A model generated the notes under the pieces. It saw only the letters and a program-made list of their open reading frames with translations. It was not told the DNA's origin and searched no databases. The position numbers were made by a program, and so were the translations under genes. This document shows, piece after piece, positions 1 through 10,677 of a stretch of 64,000 bases of DNA. The stretch lies in sequence record DRR723986_647; one strand, written 5' to 3'. The stretch's first letter is position 1. Each line of letters opens with the position of its first letter.

Positions 1-1
1 G

Positions 2-436
2 TTTACCATATGCAGAAACCGGTACAACGGCGTCTATGGCCTCGTCCGCCATCGCAAGGTGAGCATGGTGTGGTAGCATTTCCCAACTATCTGAATCTAC
101 ATCCGACAAAACTGGTGCGAAACCAGCATTAATCACCGCAGTTGCCGTCGCTGGAAACGTCAACGTGGGGATTAGAACACGAGCCCCTTCCCGCAACCCA
201 ATAGAACGCAGCGCAGCTTCCAACGCAGTAGTCGCAGATGTGAATGTCACAACATTCAAATGGGAGCCACCATCGCCTTCCGTTATAAAAGACTTCATTG
301 CCTCTTCAAAACGCACATTTAATGGGCCAAAATTAGAATACCAGCGTGCCGTATGCATTTCTTCCAGATACGGCAAGATGTCCTTTGGCTCAGGTAGGTC
401 TGGTACAAGGCACTGAATTTTATACGATTTACTCAA
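2..436 (-). CDS. DegT/DnrJ/EryC1/StrS-family sugar aminotransferase, N-terminal part (runs off window start)
   Basis: Hand translation from TTG 436 gives MSKSYKIQCLVPDLPEPKDILPYLEEMHTARWYSNFGPLN...FTSATTALEAAL...VLIPTLTFPATATAVINAGFAPVLSDVD, a typical DegT N-terminus. The frame is open to the window edge. Confidence 0.85.
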   Translation of the reverse strand, partial: MSKSYKIQCLVPDLPEPKDILPYLEEMHTARWYSNFGPLNVRFEEAMKSFITEGDGGSHLNVVTFTSATTALEAALRSIGLREGARVLIPTLTFPATATAVINAGFAPVLSDVDSDSWEMLPHHAHLAMADEAIDAVVPVSAYGK

Positions 437-541
437 ATTAACCCGATCATGTCTTCGTGTTAGAAAAGTTACCCAACACTATAGCAAACAGTGTTCAGCT
501 TTTAGGCGAATGTATCAGCAGCATTGATTTCATTTATCCTA

Positions 542-2542
542 TCATTGCCTTACAATCACAACCATATCTGAACGAAAAAAGTCGTCACTGGTAATAATTT
601 TCCCCGGTGGCACTCCTTGAGCAGACAAACGAGATGCCATAACATCGTCGTCACATATAACGCGGTCTATAGCATGTTCATACGCCAACATTTTGGCAAA
701 AGACTCACCTTCTAAATTGCCCTCAAAGCACGGGTCTAGCCACACTGTTGTTTTAGGCCCAAACCCGCGAATTTCACCAAGCATTTCAAGTGACCCTGCT
801 CCGCCAATACAAACAACAGTGTCAGACATCCGTGCAAATGTAGAAACATCTGATTTTGAGGAAAGAGGCAAGCGCGCACTAATACGGCGCCCCAAATACA
901 TGCGAAACTCTTCGTGATTGCCACGTTGTAATAAAGGGAACACATCAGTAACGTTATCCGTCCAACCGGCAGCTTCAAGCCACTTGAGGCTAAAGTTTTG
1001 CTGATATTCCAGTATGATCGCTACTTCTACGCCTGATGCTATTGCTGATTCCATTAATCGTCCAACCTGCGCCAATGCCCTTGGGTCCGTAACAGTTGGC
1101 ATATCCATTGCCAGCACAAGCCGTGGCAGCGTGTGTCCAATTGGTACGGGCACTTGTTCGTCCGATGCACAAATTGGCTCCAGTAAATTAGCCCTTATTT
1201 CGCCGTGGTTAGGGCCCGCATACCGGCGGTGAATGTGTCGCACGCGGCTAAGATTGTCTTCAACAGACTGGCACAACTGAACGACCATTGAATACAGCAT
1301 ATCCGCCGTTTCAGCAGCAGTATTCACGACAAGAGCTTGCGGCGTTTCAACCATAACTTTCTGTGCAGCGGGCAAGTCGGAAATTGAATGTATCTTCTTA
1401 CCTTCGTCCAGCAATCCGCGCAAACCAGCCGCAGACAGACATAAAATATGATCAGAGACGTTTTTTGTTCCCCAAGGTCGCCCTTCAACCTTCATTCCTG
1501 CAGCCGCATCAAACATCAAGCTAAAAAAGTCAGCATTTTGCGACCGAATTTGCCAAAAGAACCAGCGCAGTATCAGTGGTTGCGCCTGAAGTTGAAGCCA
1601 TTGATCATGGGTTAATAACAGGACCTTCTCTGGGAAAAAATATTCACGGCCTGCATTATACCATTTACGCATATTTGTCTTAAAGTCACTTATTTTCAGT
1701 AACTTGGCGTCGATTTTCGGGTCAGTGAAAAGATAGGCTTCATCTGCATCAACACAAATAACGGCAAACGCTGGCGCTTCTTCATGCTCCAATGCCATCA
1801 GTTGTCTGGGCGCATACAAATCGGAATGCTTGTCGCGCATATATGCAATTAACGTATCTTCCAGCCGCCTACTGCCGGCCAACATGCTTTCTGGGCGTCT
1901 GCGATAAGAAAAACCGGCCTGATGAACGGGCACACCGGTGTATCCGGCATCCAGCATGCTGAGCCAAAACTCCCAATCTTCAAACCCGCTGCGCATTGTT
2001 TCATCGTAAAAGACACCGCGCCGGAAGGCATCCGCGCGCACCATAGACCCTGCCTCAGAAATGTTGCCGACAAGATGGATTAATTTGCTGTATTTTGGTG
2101 CCGTTTCACGTGTGTCAAAACCTTCCGCATTCCAGACTTGTCCAAAAAAACTGATGTCGGGATAAGCCCAACCAATAGCTGGGTCATCACCAAGAGCTTT
2201 GCGAAAAGCGTCAAGACTATAGGGTTCAATGCGGTTATCCGCATCCAAGAAATAAATCACATCCAGGGCTGGCTCGAGATTGAGCAAAAAGCGAACCCCA
2301 GTATTGCGCGCACCTGGAAGGCGGGTGTTAGGTTGGCGGGTATAATAAAGCTTATCAGGATATAACTCGATCAGAGATGCCACCACTTCCGAAGTTTCAA
2401 CAAACCGGCAACCGTCATCGACAACCACCACTTTAACTGGCGCACTACATTTTTGATTGCAGGCAGAATGAATTGCCTCTGCGAGAAATCGCGGGTGTCC
2501 ATAACCGGGAATCACAACACCTATTGCAGGGAGGTCTGGCAT
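542..2542 (-). CDS. GT2-family glycosyltransferase with long C-terminal extension
   Basis: VVIPGYG, VVVVDDG, GARNTG, FLDADN (DxD) and GFEDWEFW motifs. Confidence 0.85.
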   Translation of the reverse strand: MPDLPAIGVVIPGYGHPRFLAEAIHSACNQKCSAPVKVVVVDDGCRFVETSEVVASLIELYPDKLYYTRQPNTRLPGARNTGVRFLLNLEPALDVIYFLDADNRIEPYSLDAFRKALGDDPAIGWAYPDISFFGQVWNAEGFDTRETAPKYSKLIHLVGNISEAGSMVRADAFRRGVFYDETMRSGFEDWEFWLSMLDAGYTGVPVHQAGFSYRRRPESMLAGSRRLEDTLIAYMRDKHSDLYAPRQLMALEHEEAPAFAVICVDADEAYLFTDPKIDAKLLKISDFKTNMRKWYNAGREYFFPEKVLLLTHDQWLQLQAQPLILRWFFWQIRSQNADFFSLMFDAAAGMKVEGRPWGTKNVSDHILCLSAAGLRGLLDEGKKIHSISDLPAAQKVMVETPQALVVNTAAETADMLYSMVVQLCQSVEDNLSRVRHIHRRYAGPNHGEIRANLLEPICASDEQVPVPIGHTLPRLVLAMDMPTVTDPRALAQVGRLMESAIASGVEVAIILEYQQNFSLKWLEAAGWTDNVTDVFPLLQRGNHEEFRMYLGRRISARLPLSSKSDVSTFARMSDTVVCIGGAGSLEMLGEIRGFGPKTTVWLDPCFEGNLEGESFAKMLAYEHAIDRVICDDDVMASRLSAQGVPPGKIITSDDFFRSDMVVIVRQ

Positions 2543-2550
2543 AATTTCCT

Positions 2551-4746
2551 CTACTGCTCTGGCGATTCAAGTTTAAAGTGCGGATGTAAATCAACCACTG
2601 ATGCAACACTCAGCGATAACCATCGACACCAACCATAGCTGATAACATCGTGTACAGGCAAAGCCGCGACAATTATGTCATGGTCCTCCTTTAAAGGAGT
2701 ATTCAGATCGATTGAGACTGTGTCTGTCTTAAGTGCAGGTAAGCGCCGCGCGGAATAATGAATTTGTTGGTCGACATCATAGCCACGGGTCGCAGAAAAG
2801 TCCTTGCGCGCCAGGTCGTTGGCAAACTTCTGGAAAGTTTCATGCTTGTCTTCAGTGTCAGCCTTCATCAGCGCCAATATATATAGAAAATCAGGCGCAC
2901 GTTCGTGCGCTGTTTCAACTTCACAAGCAACAAGCGTTGTACCTGCGGCAGCACCAGATCGATATATGGCGGCTGAGACACCTTCCTTTATAGGATGGGT
3001 TTGCAGGCTGCCAAAATCATCCGGTACAATCATAGGAGAAAAGCCTAACTTATCAGCCAGTGCTTGCAACTCAGGGCGACCTGCCAGAAACTCTACTTGA
3101 TCCCCAATTTCAGGAAATTTAATCGACCGCATTCGCTGAATGGGTTCGTTTGTTTTGACCAACGAATGGATTACAGTAGAATGACCTTGCACTGTATCCA
3201 AAGCTACCGACACATCATGCCATCGACACCAACCATATTGAGTGCCCTCGGTTGTAGAAACAACGGCCATGCCTAAACTATGGGCTACTGAGTCACTTTC
3301 CAAACAAGAGAGATCAACCGATAATTGCTTCTGCTGGCCCGGCATTACCACTTGTGCATGCCATGAAACATTAGTATCGGCATCAAATGCAGCTGCAACC
3401 CCTTCGGATTGGGCCTTGTCTATCAATTTTCTTAAATACTCTTCTTGCATGACAGCACGACCACCAACTGCAACAAGATACACGCAACTTGGCGCAGAAG
3501 CATGTGCTGTTTCGCATGTAACCGTCAGGGTCCTCGCATCCGCTGGTACTAGTTCTTCGAATCTAAGCCCAACTGGCCCAGTTTTTTCCAGATGCGTTTG
3601 CACCCAACCATCCGCTGGATCTATGCTGACGATTGAATTCGCTGGCTCTGAATATGAAAGCACATTGGCAGCATCCATAAGTTTGCCTATTGGAATGCGC
3701 CGATGTTCCATAGGTGCATAATTGTGGCTTTCCGCTAATTCGCCGGGGTCGAAACCAGACCAAATTTTCATAGCAGGCAATGCATCACCTGCGATTTCCC
3801 GAGTGTCCATGGCATCTGAAAGAACACCACACCGGTTTAGGGCCGCGTCGGTCAGGCTAGCCTCAGGAATTGCACCTTTTGTAGTAACCTGCCACTCCAA
3901 GACTAATTCTGCATCGCCAAACGAACGCACTAAGCCGCGCTCAAGCGCCAAATAAGCCCATCCACCTTTGATTTCAGAAAACGGCAATTTCGCACGGCCC
4001 AAAACAAGCGCATCAACGGACCTGAGCATCCGCACGGCAAGAAATCCGTTAGCGCGCTGACCTTCAGGAACAACAAAGTGCAAACTAATGCCCTGCACGC
4101 CTGCCGCGTCGGTTGGCAAACCAAAGCGTGCAACAAACGGGCTCAACACGCTTGAAGACTTGTCTGGCCCAACAGTCTTGGTCCCGACCGGTACCGAAAC
4201 TGTTGAATAACGGGTATCAAAACCAACGCCGCGAATTAGTCGGCGCGCCTTCTCAAGGTTTATCAAGGATCGTTCGAAATCGCGGCGCAGAACTGCAAGG
4301 TCAGTCTGAATACCTGCTGACGCCTTGCTGTTTTTGTCTGCATCTACCAAAATCAATGCCATAATTGATTGCAGAGCAACGACTTTGTTTTTTCGAACTG
4401 TGCCCACCGGTGGGGCAGCGCGCCCTGATTGATCAGCACACCAATCTGACCATTGATTTGCACATTCAGTTATTCGGCGGTCAACGGTAAACCCGAGCAA
4501 TCCAACTGGCGCGCCAATGGGTTGCATAAATCTACAGCTGGAATTTATCTTATCGCCGGGCTGAAAAATCTTGCCACTTTTATCAAGCAACAAAATGTCG
4601 AGCGTTTCTGGCAGACTGTCAGACAGTGTCTTATATATGGCTACCGAAAGCACAATAAAACGAGCAGACCCATAAAACCGATTAAAAGCACGTTTTGTTA
4701 GCATCAGCTTTTGCATCGAATTTTGGTCCTGCTTAATCTTTGCCAA
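2551..4746 (-). CDS. Polysaccharide-locus protein, DUF6212 / ExpA1(WgaA)-like
   Basis: 731 aa. Short coiled coil followed by twice-repeated QTH(P)...CE(V)ETAH..AP...YGWCRW units. Lies between the T1SS MFP and GT2 genes. Confidence 0.55.
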   Translation of the reverse strand: MAKIKQDQNSMQKLMLTKRAFNRFYGSARFIVLSVAIYKTLSDSLPETLDILLLDKSGKIFQPGDKINSSCRFMQPIGAPVGLLGFTVDRRITECANQWSDWCADQSGRAAPPVGTVRKNKVVALQSIMALILVDADKNSKASAGIQTDLAVLRRDFERSLINLEKARRLIRGVGFDTRYSTVSVPVGTKTVGPDKSSSVLSPFVARFGLPTDAAGVQGISLHFVVPEGQRANGFLAVRMLRSVDALVLGRAKLPFSEIKGGWAYLALERGLVRSFGDAELVLEWQVTTKGAIPEASLTDAALNRCGVLSDAMDTREIAGDALPAMKIWSGFDPGELAESHNYAPMEHRRIPIGKLMDAANVLSYSEPANSIVSIDPADGWVQTHLEKTGPVGLRFEELVPADARTLTVTCETAHASAPSCVYLVAVGGRAVMQEEYLRKLIDKAQSEGVAAAFDADTNVSWHAQVVMPGQQKQLSVDLSCLESDSVAHSLGMAVVSTTEGTQYGWCRWHDVSVALDTVQGHSTVIHSLVKTNEPIQRMRSIKFPEIGDQVEFLAGRPELQALADKLGFSPMIVPDDFGSLQTHPIKEGVSAAIYRSGAAAGTTLVACEVETAHERAPDFLYILALMKADTEDKHETFQKFANDLARKDFSATRGYDVDQQIHYSARRLPALKTDTVSIDLNTPLKEDHDIIVAALPVHDVISYGWCRWLSLSVASVVDLHPHFKLESPEQ

Positions 4747-4748
4747 GA

Positions 4749-6119
4749 TTAACCCTTAAAAGATTTGAACATAAACCGAGTGAAAGGTTCTGAAACAATT
4801 TGTAGGAATGTTTTTGGGTCAGTTTGAATATAAACTTCCGCCAAATTACCCGGCAACATATTCGCTTGTGGCTGGTCAACGTTCAGGCTTACATGGGCGA
4901 TGTAATTTCCCGTTGGGTTAGTCTCTGTCACGACGGCATCAGACGAAAGATATGTTAGCTTACCTTCCACAGGCACGCCGCGATTTGCCCGATCAGTCGG
5001 GAAAATGACTTTGACGTCCTGACCCTCCTCAACGCGCTCAATATCTTTTATTTGCACCATTGCTTCAATTTCAAGTGGATCATCGCTTGGGAAAATCGCC
5101 ATTATTGTATCGCCCGGCTTGATGACTTCCCCGATGGCACGCTTGGCTATTTGAAACACCCGTCCATCAACGGGTGATTTGATTGCACCACGTGCCGCCA
5201 TATCAGTGAAACGATCAATCCGCCCACCCAGTTGATTCAATTGTTGTTGAATTTCAACGACAGCATTATTTGCTGTGTTCAGATATGATAGCTGTTCTTG
5301 CTCAATTTGATTTTTCAGGCTTTCAATATTATTCAGCGATTTCTCGATCGCGATTTTTGAATTGGCGATATTGGCATCAATTTGAGCAATTTGCCGTTCC
5401 GTCGCATTCACCCGAATTTGCGTAACATGGCCTTGCTCCAGAAGAACGAGAAAGTCTTCCAATTCTTCGCGAAAGAGACCCACCTGTTTTTCATAGGCGA
5501 CCAGAAGTTCTTTTTGACCTTCAATATCTTTTTGCTGGCCAATAATACTGTTGCGCAAGCTATCCACTTTCGCCGCACCATACTCACGAAGCGATTGAAA
5601 CTCTTCCCGTTGGCTTTCAATTCCCTCCAACAGGCGCGGATCAGATGCCACACGCGGATCAAAGTCGGTTGGAAAGTCGATAGTATCCGAAAGTGTTACC
5701 TCAGCACGACGGCGTGCTAATTGCGCCCGAAAAATTGCTCGCTGCAATAGGTCGGCATCCAACTGCGCATTCAACTGAGTATCGTCAAGCCGCGCAAGCA
5801 CTTGCCCTTCTTTAACCTCGTCACCCTCGCGTACCAAAAGCTCAGCAAGAATACCGCCCTCAAGATGCTGTATCAAGCGGTTGCGGTCTTCTGCAATCAC
5901 GCGACCACTGGCAATCACTGCGCCGCCCAGTGGCACAGTTGCGGCCCAAATGCCGCCGAACCCAAACACGGCGATAAGAATATAACGCGCCATCCTCAAA
6001 ACTTTGCTTCGGTCCGTGTCGATACTACGACCCCAAAGGCTCAAGTCTGAGCGATCAAATTTTTCGTCAATAACGATAGAAGCAGTTTTAGTTTCATTTT
6101 CAGGCGTTTGCTCAGTCAT
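4749..6119 (-). CDS. Type I secretion membrane fusion protein (HlyD/PrtE family)
   Basis: N-terminal TM, IQHLEGGILAELLVREGD lipoyl half-motif, long coiled coil, IKSPVDG. Confidence 0.95.
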   Translation of the reverse strand: MTEQTPENETKTASIVIDEKFDRSDLSLWGRSIDTDRSKVLRMARYILIAVFGFGGIWAATVPLGGAVIASGRVIAEDRNRLIQHLEGGILAELLVREGDEVKEGQVLARLDDTQLNAQLDADLLQRAIFRAQLARRRAEVTLSDTIDFPTDFDPRVASDPRLLEGIESQREEFQSLREYGAAKVDSLRNSIIGQQKDIEGQKELLVAYEKQVGLFREELEDFLVLLEQGHVTQIRVNATERQIAQIDANIANSKIAIEKSLNNIESLKNQIEQEQLSYLNTANNAVVEIQQQLNQLGGRIDRFTDMAARGAIKSPVDGRVFQIAKRAIGEVIKPGDTIMAIFPSDDPLEIEAMVQIKDIERVEEGQDVKVIFPTDRANRGVPVEGKLTYLSSDAVVTETNPTGNYIAHVSLNVDQPQANMLPGNLAEVYIQTDPKTFLQIVSEPFTRFMFKSFKG

Positions 6120-6120
6120 C

Positions 6121-7860
6121 TCACGCCTCCTTTGCAGTGGTTTGGCGAGCAGCTTTTACATTTTTTTCCTGTTCATTTTTCTTACCACTGGCGACAGCTT
6201 TCACCGCACCCGACCCCATCACTTTTTCTTTTGGCCCAAAGTCTTTTACGACGCCGTCTGTCATCAACATTACCTTGTCAACAAACTGAAGAACGCTAGG
6301 GCGTTGGCTCACAACCAATGTCGTAATAGCTTTCGCCTTTGCCGTCTGCAAAGATCGGTGGAAAAGTTGCTCGCCGTTGCTATCAAGCGCAGCATTCGGT
6401 TCGTCGAGAACAAGAACCGCAGGATTCCCATAAAAAGCACGTGCAAGCGCAAGTAGCTGGGACTGACCACCAGAGGGCATAAACTGGCCACGTTTAATTA
6501 CGGTGTCATAGCCTTGTGGCATATTAAGAATGATGTCATGCACACCGGCTGTTTTGGCTGCTTCCAGTGCCCATTCTTCTGGGTCATCGACGCGCAATCG
6601 GGCTATATTCTCGCGTACTGTTGCCCCGTCAAAGAAACTGACTTGCTGCGGCATATAGCCAACATGAATGCCGCGTGCCACCGGGTCCCACGCCTGCAAA
6701 TTTTGACCGTCAAGCGTAATTTTCCCGGCATTCGGCACAAGATAACCAACCAGTAATTTTGCCAGCGTTGACTTGCCAGCACCAGACGGCCCGATGATAG
6801 CAACAACATCGCCAGCATCAATATTCACCGCTATGCCACGAATAATTGGCGGCACACCAGGGCCCGGCGCATAAGCAATACGTTCGATACCGATTGCCCC
6901 TTTGGGCCGAGGTAATTTGGTGCGATTTTCAGGCAAGGACAGTTCTGCAAGTCGCTTCAAAAGCCGTTTGCGCGTTTCCCAGGCACCTTTAAGTGATCGC
7001 CAACCACCGACAACCTGTTCAACAGGCGCAAGTGCGCGACCACCAATGATAGCTGTACCAAAAATCACGCCCGCAGTCGCAAGATCCGCCAGCACCAAAA
7101 GTGCGCCAGAACCGATCATCAAAATCTGTACAATTTGACGCATGGACTTAGACGTTGCTGCGAACTTTGATGTTAGCCCAAAACTGCTGGTAAAGCGCGA
7201 CAACTGTGTGGCGTGATGTTGGCCCCAGTTCTGAACGGCTTCGCGGTACATTCCCTGACCGCGTATATATTCTTGCGCGCTCATGTGCATTTCGAGTGTT
7301 CTATGGGATGCGATCATCGCTTCACTATGTTGTTCATTCAACCCTGCGGTGGACCTGTCTGCCCATACTCCAATTCCAAAAAGCACGGCCGCACCCAAGG
7401 TTACCACCAAGCCTAGAATTGGATGGAGAAGAAATATCAAGAATAAAAACAGCGGCGTTAGCGCCAAATCAAACAATGCATAAAGGGGAGGCGAGGCAAG
7501 TACTTGACGTATCGCCCCAAGATCACGAACCGTTTGGGCAGCGCCGTCTGATGGACGAGATAACTCGCCAGCCATAATCAACCCAGCCATATTCGCTTCA
7601 AAGCGGAGTGCCGCCTTGGCAGCCAATATTTGACGCACATGGTCAAAGACACCATACACAATCAAAATAATCAAAGCGAAAAGAAACAAGCCAGTAAGTG
7701 TAGGAAGGCTGCGCGAAATTAGGACATTATCGTAAACTTGGAACATGAAAAGCGGCATGCCAAGCATGCACACGCCTGAAAGTAGCGAATATACACCCAC
7801 CGACTTCATGGCTTTGAAAAGCTTTTCTTCTTCAGTCTTATAATCGTCCAATAGGGACAT
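6121..7860 (-). CDS. Type I secretion ABC permease/ATPase (PrtD/AprD family)
   Basis: PLFMFQVYDNVL..RSLPTL TMD, Walker A GPSGAGKS, signature PSGGQ, Walker B LVLDEPNAALD. Confidence 0.95.
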   Translation of the reverse strand: MSLLDDYKTEEEKLFKAMKSVGVYSLLSGVCMLGMPLFMFQVYDNVLISRSLPTLTGLFLFALIILIVYGVFDHVRQILAAKAALRFEANMAGLIMAGELSRPSDGAAQTVRDLGAIRQVLASPPLYALFDLALTPLFLFLIFLLHPILGLVVTLGAAVLFGIGVWADRSTAGLNEQHSEAMIASHRTLEMHMSAQEYIRGQGMYREAVQNWGQHHATQLSRFTSSFGLTSKFAATSKSMRQIVQILMIGSGALLVLADLATAGVIFGTAIIGGRALAPVEQVVGGWRSLKGAWETRKRLLKRLAELSLPENRTKLPRPKGAIGIERIAYAPGPGVPPIIRGIAVNIDAGDVVAIIGPSGAGKSTLAKLLVGYLVPNAGKITLDGQNLQAWDPVARGIHVGYMPQQVSFFDGATVRENIARLRVDDPEEWALEAAKTAGVHDIILNMPQGYDTVIKRGQFMPSGGQSQLLALARAFYGNPAVLVLDEPNAALDSNGEQLFHRSLQTAKAKAITTLVVSQRPSVLQFVDKVMLMTDGVVKDFGPKEKVMGSGAVKAVASGKKNEQEKNVKAARQTTAKEA

Positions 7861-7985
7861 ACGTTAGGCTTCCTTTAAACACATGTACTTAAATATTTTA
7901 TGCTTTTTACAGGATTACTGGCAAAATTGGAAAACAAAAGTAAAGCAAACGAACGCATCAACCGCATTCCAAGCATAACACATAC

Positions 7986-8014
7986 GAAAAAGGCGGCCCA
8001 AAGGCCGCCTTTTC
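7986..8014 (-). terminator. Intrinsic terminator after the RTX gene (bidirectional-type hairpin)
   Basis: GAAAAAGGCGGCC-CAA-AGGCCGCCTTTTC inverted repeat, 25 bp downstream of the RTX stop. Confidence 0.85.
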
Positions 8015-8039
8015 ATAATATCTATAAGTTACAGGCTTA

Positions 8040-10448
8040 TTAGGTGATGCCTGTAGTGCTTGCTGTAGCAAGGTCACCGAGTGAAACACCTTGCAGGAAG
8101 ATTGTTCCGCCGCCGTTGATGTCAATCAAGACACCAGATACGCCGCCCTGAGTTGTTTCATCTGCTGAACCAACCAAGTCAGCACCACTTGCAACATCTA
8201 CAGTCAAAATGTCAGAAGACACATCGAAATCGGTAATAACGTTAGCACCACTATTTGCGCCAAAGGTAAAGGTATCAGCACCGTCACCACCGGTAAGTGT
8301 ATCGTTACCAAGACCGCCGTTCAAGGAGTCTACACCAGCACCGCCATCAAGAGAGTCGTTACCGGCACCGCCATCAAGGTCGTCATTAGCGTCGCCACCA
8401 TTGAGAACATCGTTACCAGCATCGCCGTTCAGATCATCCTCACCAGCACCACCGTTCAAGGTGTCGTTAGCGTCACCGCCGTTAAGCTCATCGTCGTTTG
8501 CACCGCCGTTAAGCTCATCGTCGTTAGCACCACCGTTGAGGGTATCATCATCAGCGCCACCATAAAGAGTGTCGTTGCCTGCATCGCCAGCGAGTACATC
8601 GTCACCACTACCGCCCCAGATTTCGTCGTTACCAGCACCACCGACAACAGCAACATCAGCACCACCACCAGCAAAGATCAGATCATTGCCGGCACCGCCA
8701 TCAATGTCGTCAGCGTCGTTGTTTGCGCTACCGAAAATGGTATCATCACCACCATTACCGTTAAGCTCATCAGCACCAGTACCACCACCGAGAATATCGT
8801 TACCGGCAGCACCTACTAACAAGTCATCACCGCTACCGCCATACAATGTATTGGCGTCTGTCGCTGTAGTAGTTTCTTCGTTAGCGTCGTAAACGCCGTC
8901 GTCATCACCACTGTTGTCGTCCCAGCCACCAGCAAGAAGTGTATCGTTACCGGCACCACCAAACAGTTGGTTGTTACCAGACGCATCACCCAGCGTGCTA
9001 CTTGTAAAGAAGCCTGTGAAGTTAACACTTCCAGTAACGTCAGCACCACCACCTACGAGAAGGTCGTTACCGCCACCACCGAAGAGTGTGTCATCACCGG
9101 CATCACCGATAAAGGTATCCGCACCAGTACCGACAAGCTGTCCAGTTGGACCATCTGTAGAGCCAGCGAAGAAGATGTCGTTACCAGAACCACCAGAAGC
9201 ACGATCATCGTCATTGCCGCCGTTTACAGTATCGTTACCGGCACCACCAAGCATTGAGTCGTTACCAACGTTACCGATGAGACGGTCATCGCCAGCACCA
9301 CCAGTAATTTGCTCATTGCTTGCGTCTCCAACAAGACTTTGGCCAGTTGACGCATTAGCCGTTATGGTCGTTCCCTGATCTGTATTCAGAGTAACAGTGA
9401 TAGTGAGCTCTGCGCCAGTTGTGTCGTTGCGAACAACAACGTCAACAGTATCAGTGTCACGCGCGGCTGTAAGGTCGTAAGAAGCAGCACCGTTGAACTC
9501 AAGGCCCGCAGCACCAGCACCAGCTGAATCGTCTACACTTCTGTTTTCAACTGTAACAGTCGTACCAGAAGCCAAAGTTACTGTTTGACCATCAGCAGAA
9601 ATCGCTGTGCCGTCAACAGAAACAATTGTGTAGGTGTTCGTGGCCACTGCATTAGAAGTTGAAGCAGATGCATCATAAAGAATGATGTTGTCCAAAAGCC
9701 CGAAGTCTACAGAAGCAGTAGTTGAACCATCAGCATTGGTCACAGTCCGACCAGACGTAAACACCTGATCAGTTCCAACAGTAAGCGTTACGTTGGTAGC
9801 TTCAATGGTCTCAATGCCAGCAAGCATGTCATTACCGTTAGCAGAAAGATCAATTTCTCCGCCACCACCATCAGTCAGCTCACCAACGGCGATCTCTGTA
9901 CCAACAACAAATGTATCAGATGTACCTGTTTGAGTACCACCGTCCACATCATCGTCACCGGCGCCGCCCTCAATGCGGTCACTACCGTTACCACCGTTCA
10001 GAACGTCGTTACCAGCGCCACCATCGATTGTGTCATCGCCGTTGCTACCATCAATGCTATCGTCACCGTTACCACCAGAGAGGTTATCGTCGCCGGTACC
10101 GCCATCAATGCTATCGTCTGCAACATTCGCAGTCGTGCCGCTACCACCGGTAATCGTATCGTTACCAGCGCCACCATTAAGCGTATCGTTGTCAGTTGTT
10201 GTAGCAGAACCAGTGATAGAGTCATCACCAGCGCCACCGTTAACTGTTTGAGCACCACCAGTACCACCAGTGATCGTGTCGTTGCCGTCACCACCCTCGG
10301 AGAGAGTACCAGCACCACCACCAGAAATTAAATCATTACCGGGACCACCAGAAAGCTGATCATCACCGCCAGTGCCGCCATCGATAGTATCGTCATCGAC
10401 CGTACCCTGAATAATATCGTTCTGACTAGAACCAAAAAACGTTGCCAT
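8040..10448 (-). CDS. RTX Ca2+-binding T1SS substrate, S-layer/adhesin-like (802 aa)
   Basis: Dozens of GGxGxDxLx repeats and a C-terminal ITDF...D.L...TIFLQGV secretion-signal-like tail. AGGAGG SD precedes ATG 10448, so the track start of 10478 is probably too long. Confidence 0.9.
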   Translation of the reverse strand: MATFFGSSQNDIIQGTVDDDTIDGGTGGDDQLSGGPGNDLISGGGAGTLSEGGDGNDTITGGTGGAQTVNGGAGDDSITGSATTTDNDTLNGGAGNDTITGGSGTTANVADDSIDGGTGDDNLSGGNGDDSIDGSNGDDTIDGGAGNDVLNGGNGSDRIEGGAGDDDVDGGTQTGTSDTFVVGTEIAVGELTDGGGGEIDLSANGNDMLAGIETIEATNVTLTVGTDQVFTSGRTVTNADGSTTASVDFGLLDNIILYDASASTSNAVATNTYTIVSVDGTAISADGQTVTLASGTTVTVENRSVDDSAGAGAAGLEFNGAASYDLTAARDTDTVDVVVRNDTTGAELTITVTLNTDQGTTITANASTGQSLVGDASNEQITGGAGDDRLIGNVGNDSMLGGAGNDTVNGGNDDDRASGGSGNDIFFAGSTDGPTGQLVGTGADTFIGDAGDDTLFGGGGNDLLVGGGADVTGSVNFTGFFTSSTLGDASGNNQLFGGAGNDTLLAGGWDDNSGDDDGVYDANEETTTATDANTLYGGSGDDLLVGAAGNDILGGGTGADELNGNGGDDTIFGSANNDADDIDGGAGNDLIFAGGGADVAVVGGAGNDEIWGGSGDDVLAGDAGNDTLYGGADDDTLNGGANDDELNGGANDDELNGGDANDTLNGGAGEDDLNGDAGNDVLNGGDANDDLDGGAGNDSLDGGAGVDSLNGGLGNDTLTGGDGADTFTFGANSGANVITDFDVSSDILTVDVASGADLVGSADETTQGGVSGVLIDINGGGTIFLQGVSLGDLATASTTGIT
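8474..8525. repeat. 27-bp-period tandem duplication within RTX repeats (NDDELNGG x2)
   Basis: CACCGCCGTTAAGCTCATCGTCGTT is identical at 8474-8498 and 8501-8525. Confidence 0.85.
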
Positions 10449-10677
10449 AGTTTCCTCCTGAAAGAGCAACAAAATCATATAGAGGCGCGAACGTAAGGTT
10501 TTTAGCCCCCTACACCTCTACTACCGAGAGAGTACCAACGATGTCAACTGCTTAATTGCACTAAAAAGCAGATTGATACTCAAAATAAATATCCATCAGT
10601 AGCTCACTTATGAAGACACAACACCATCTTACCGCCCGTAATTCAACAATCAGTTTGCTTTGGTGTCCATTCGGACC

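Noticed and set aside
165-416. 83-aa plus-strand ORF
   Set aside because: Antisense to the DegT-family gene running off the window start
8300-8800. Periodic 27-bp repeats as a CRISPR array or DGR repeat
   Set aside because: They are in-frame RTX nonapeptide codons without unique spacers; no cas or reverse transcriptase gene in the window
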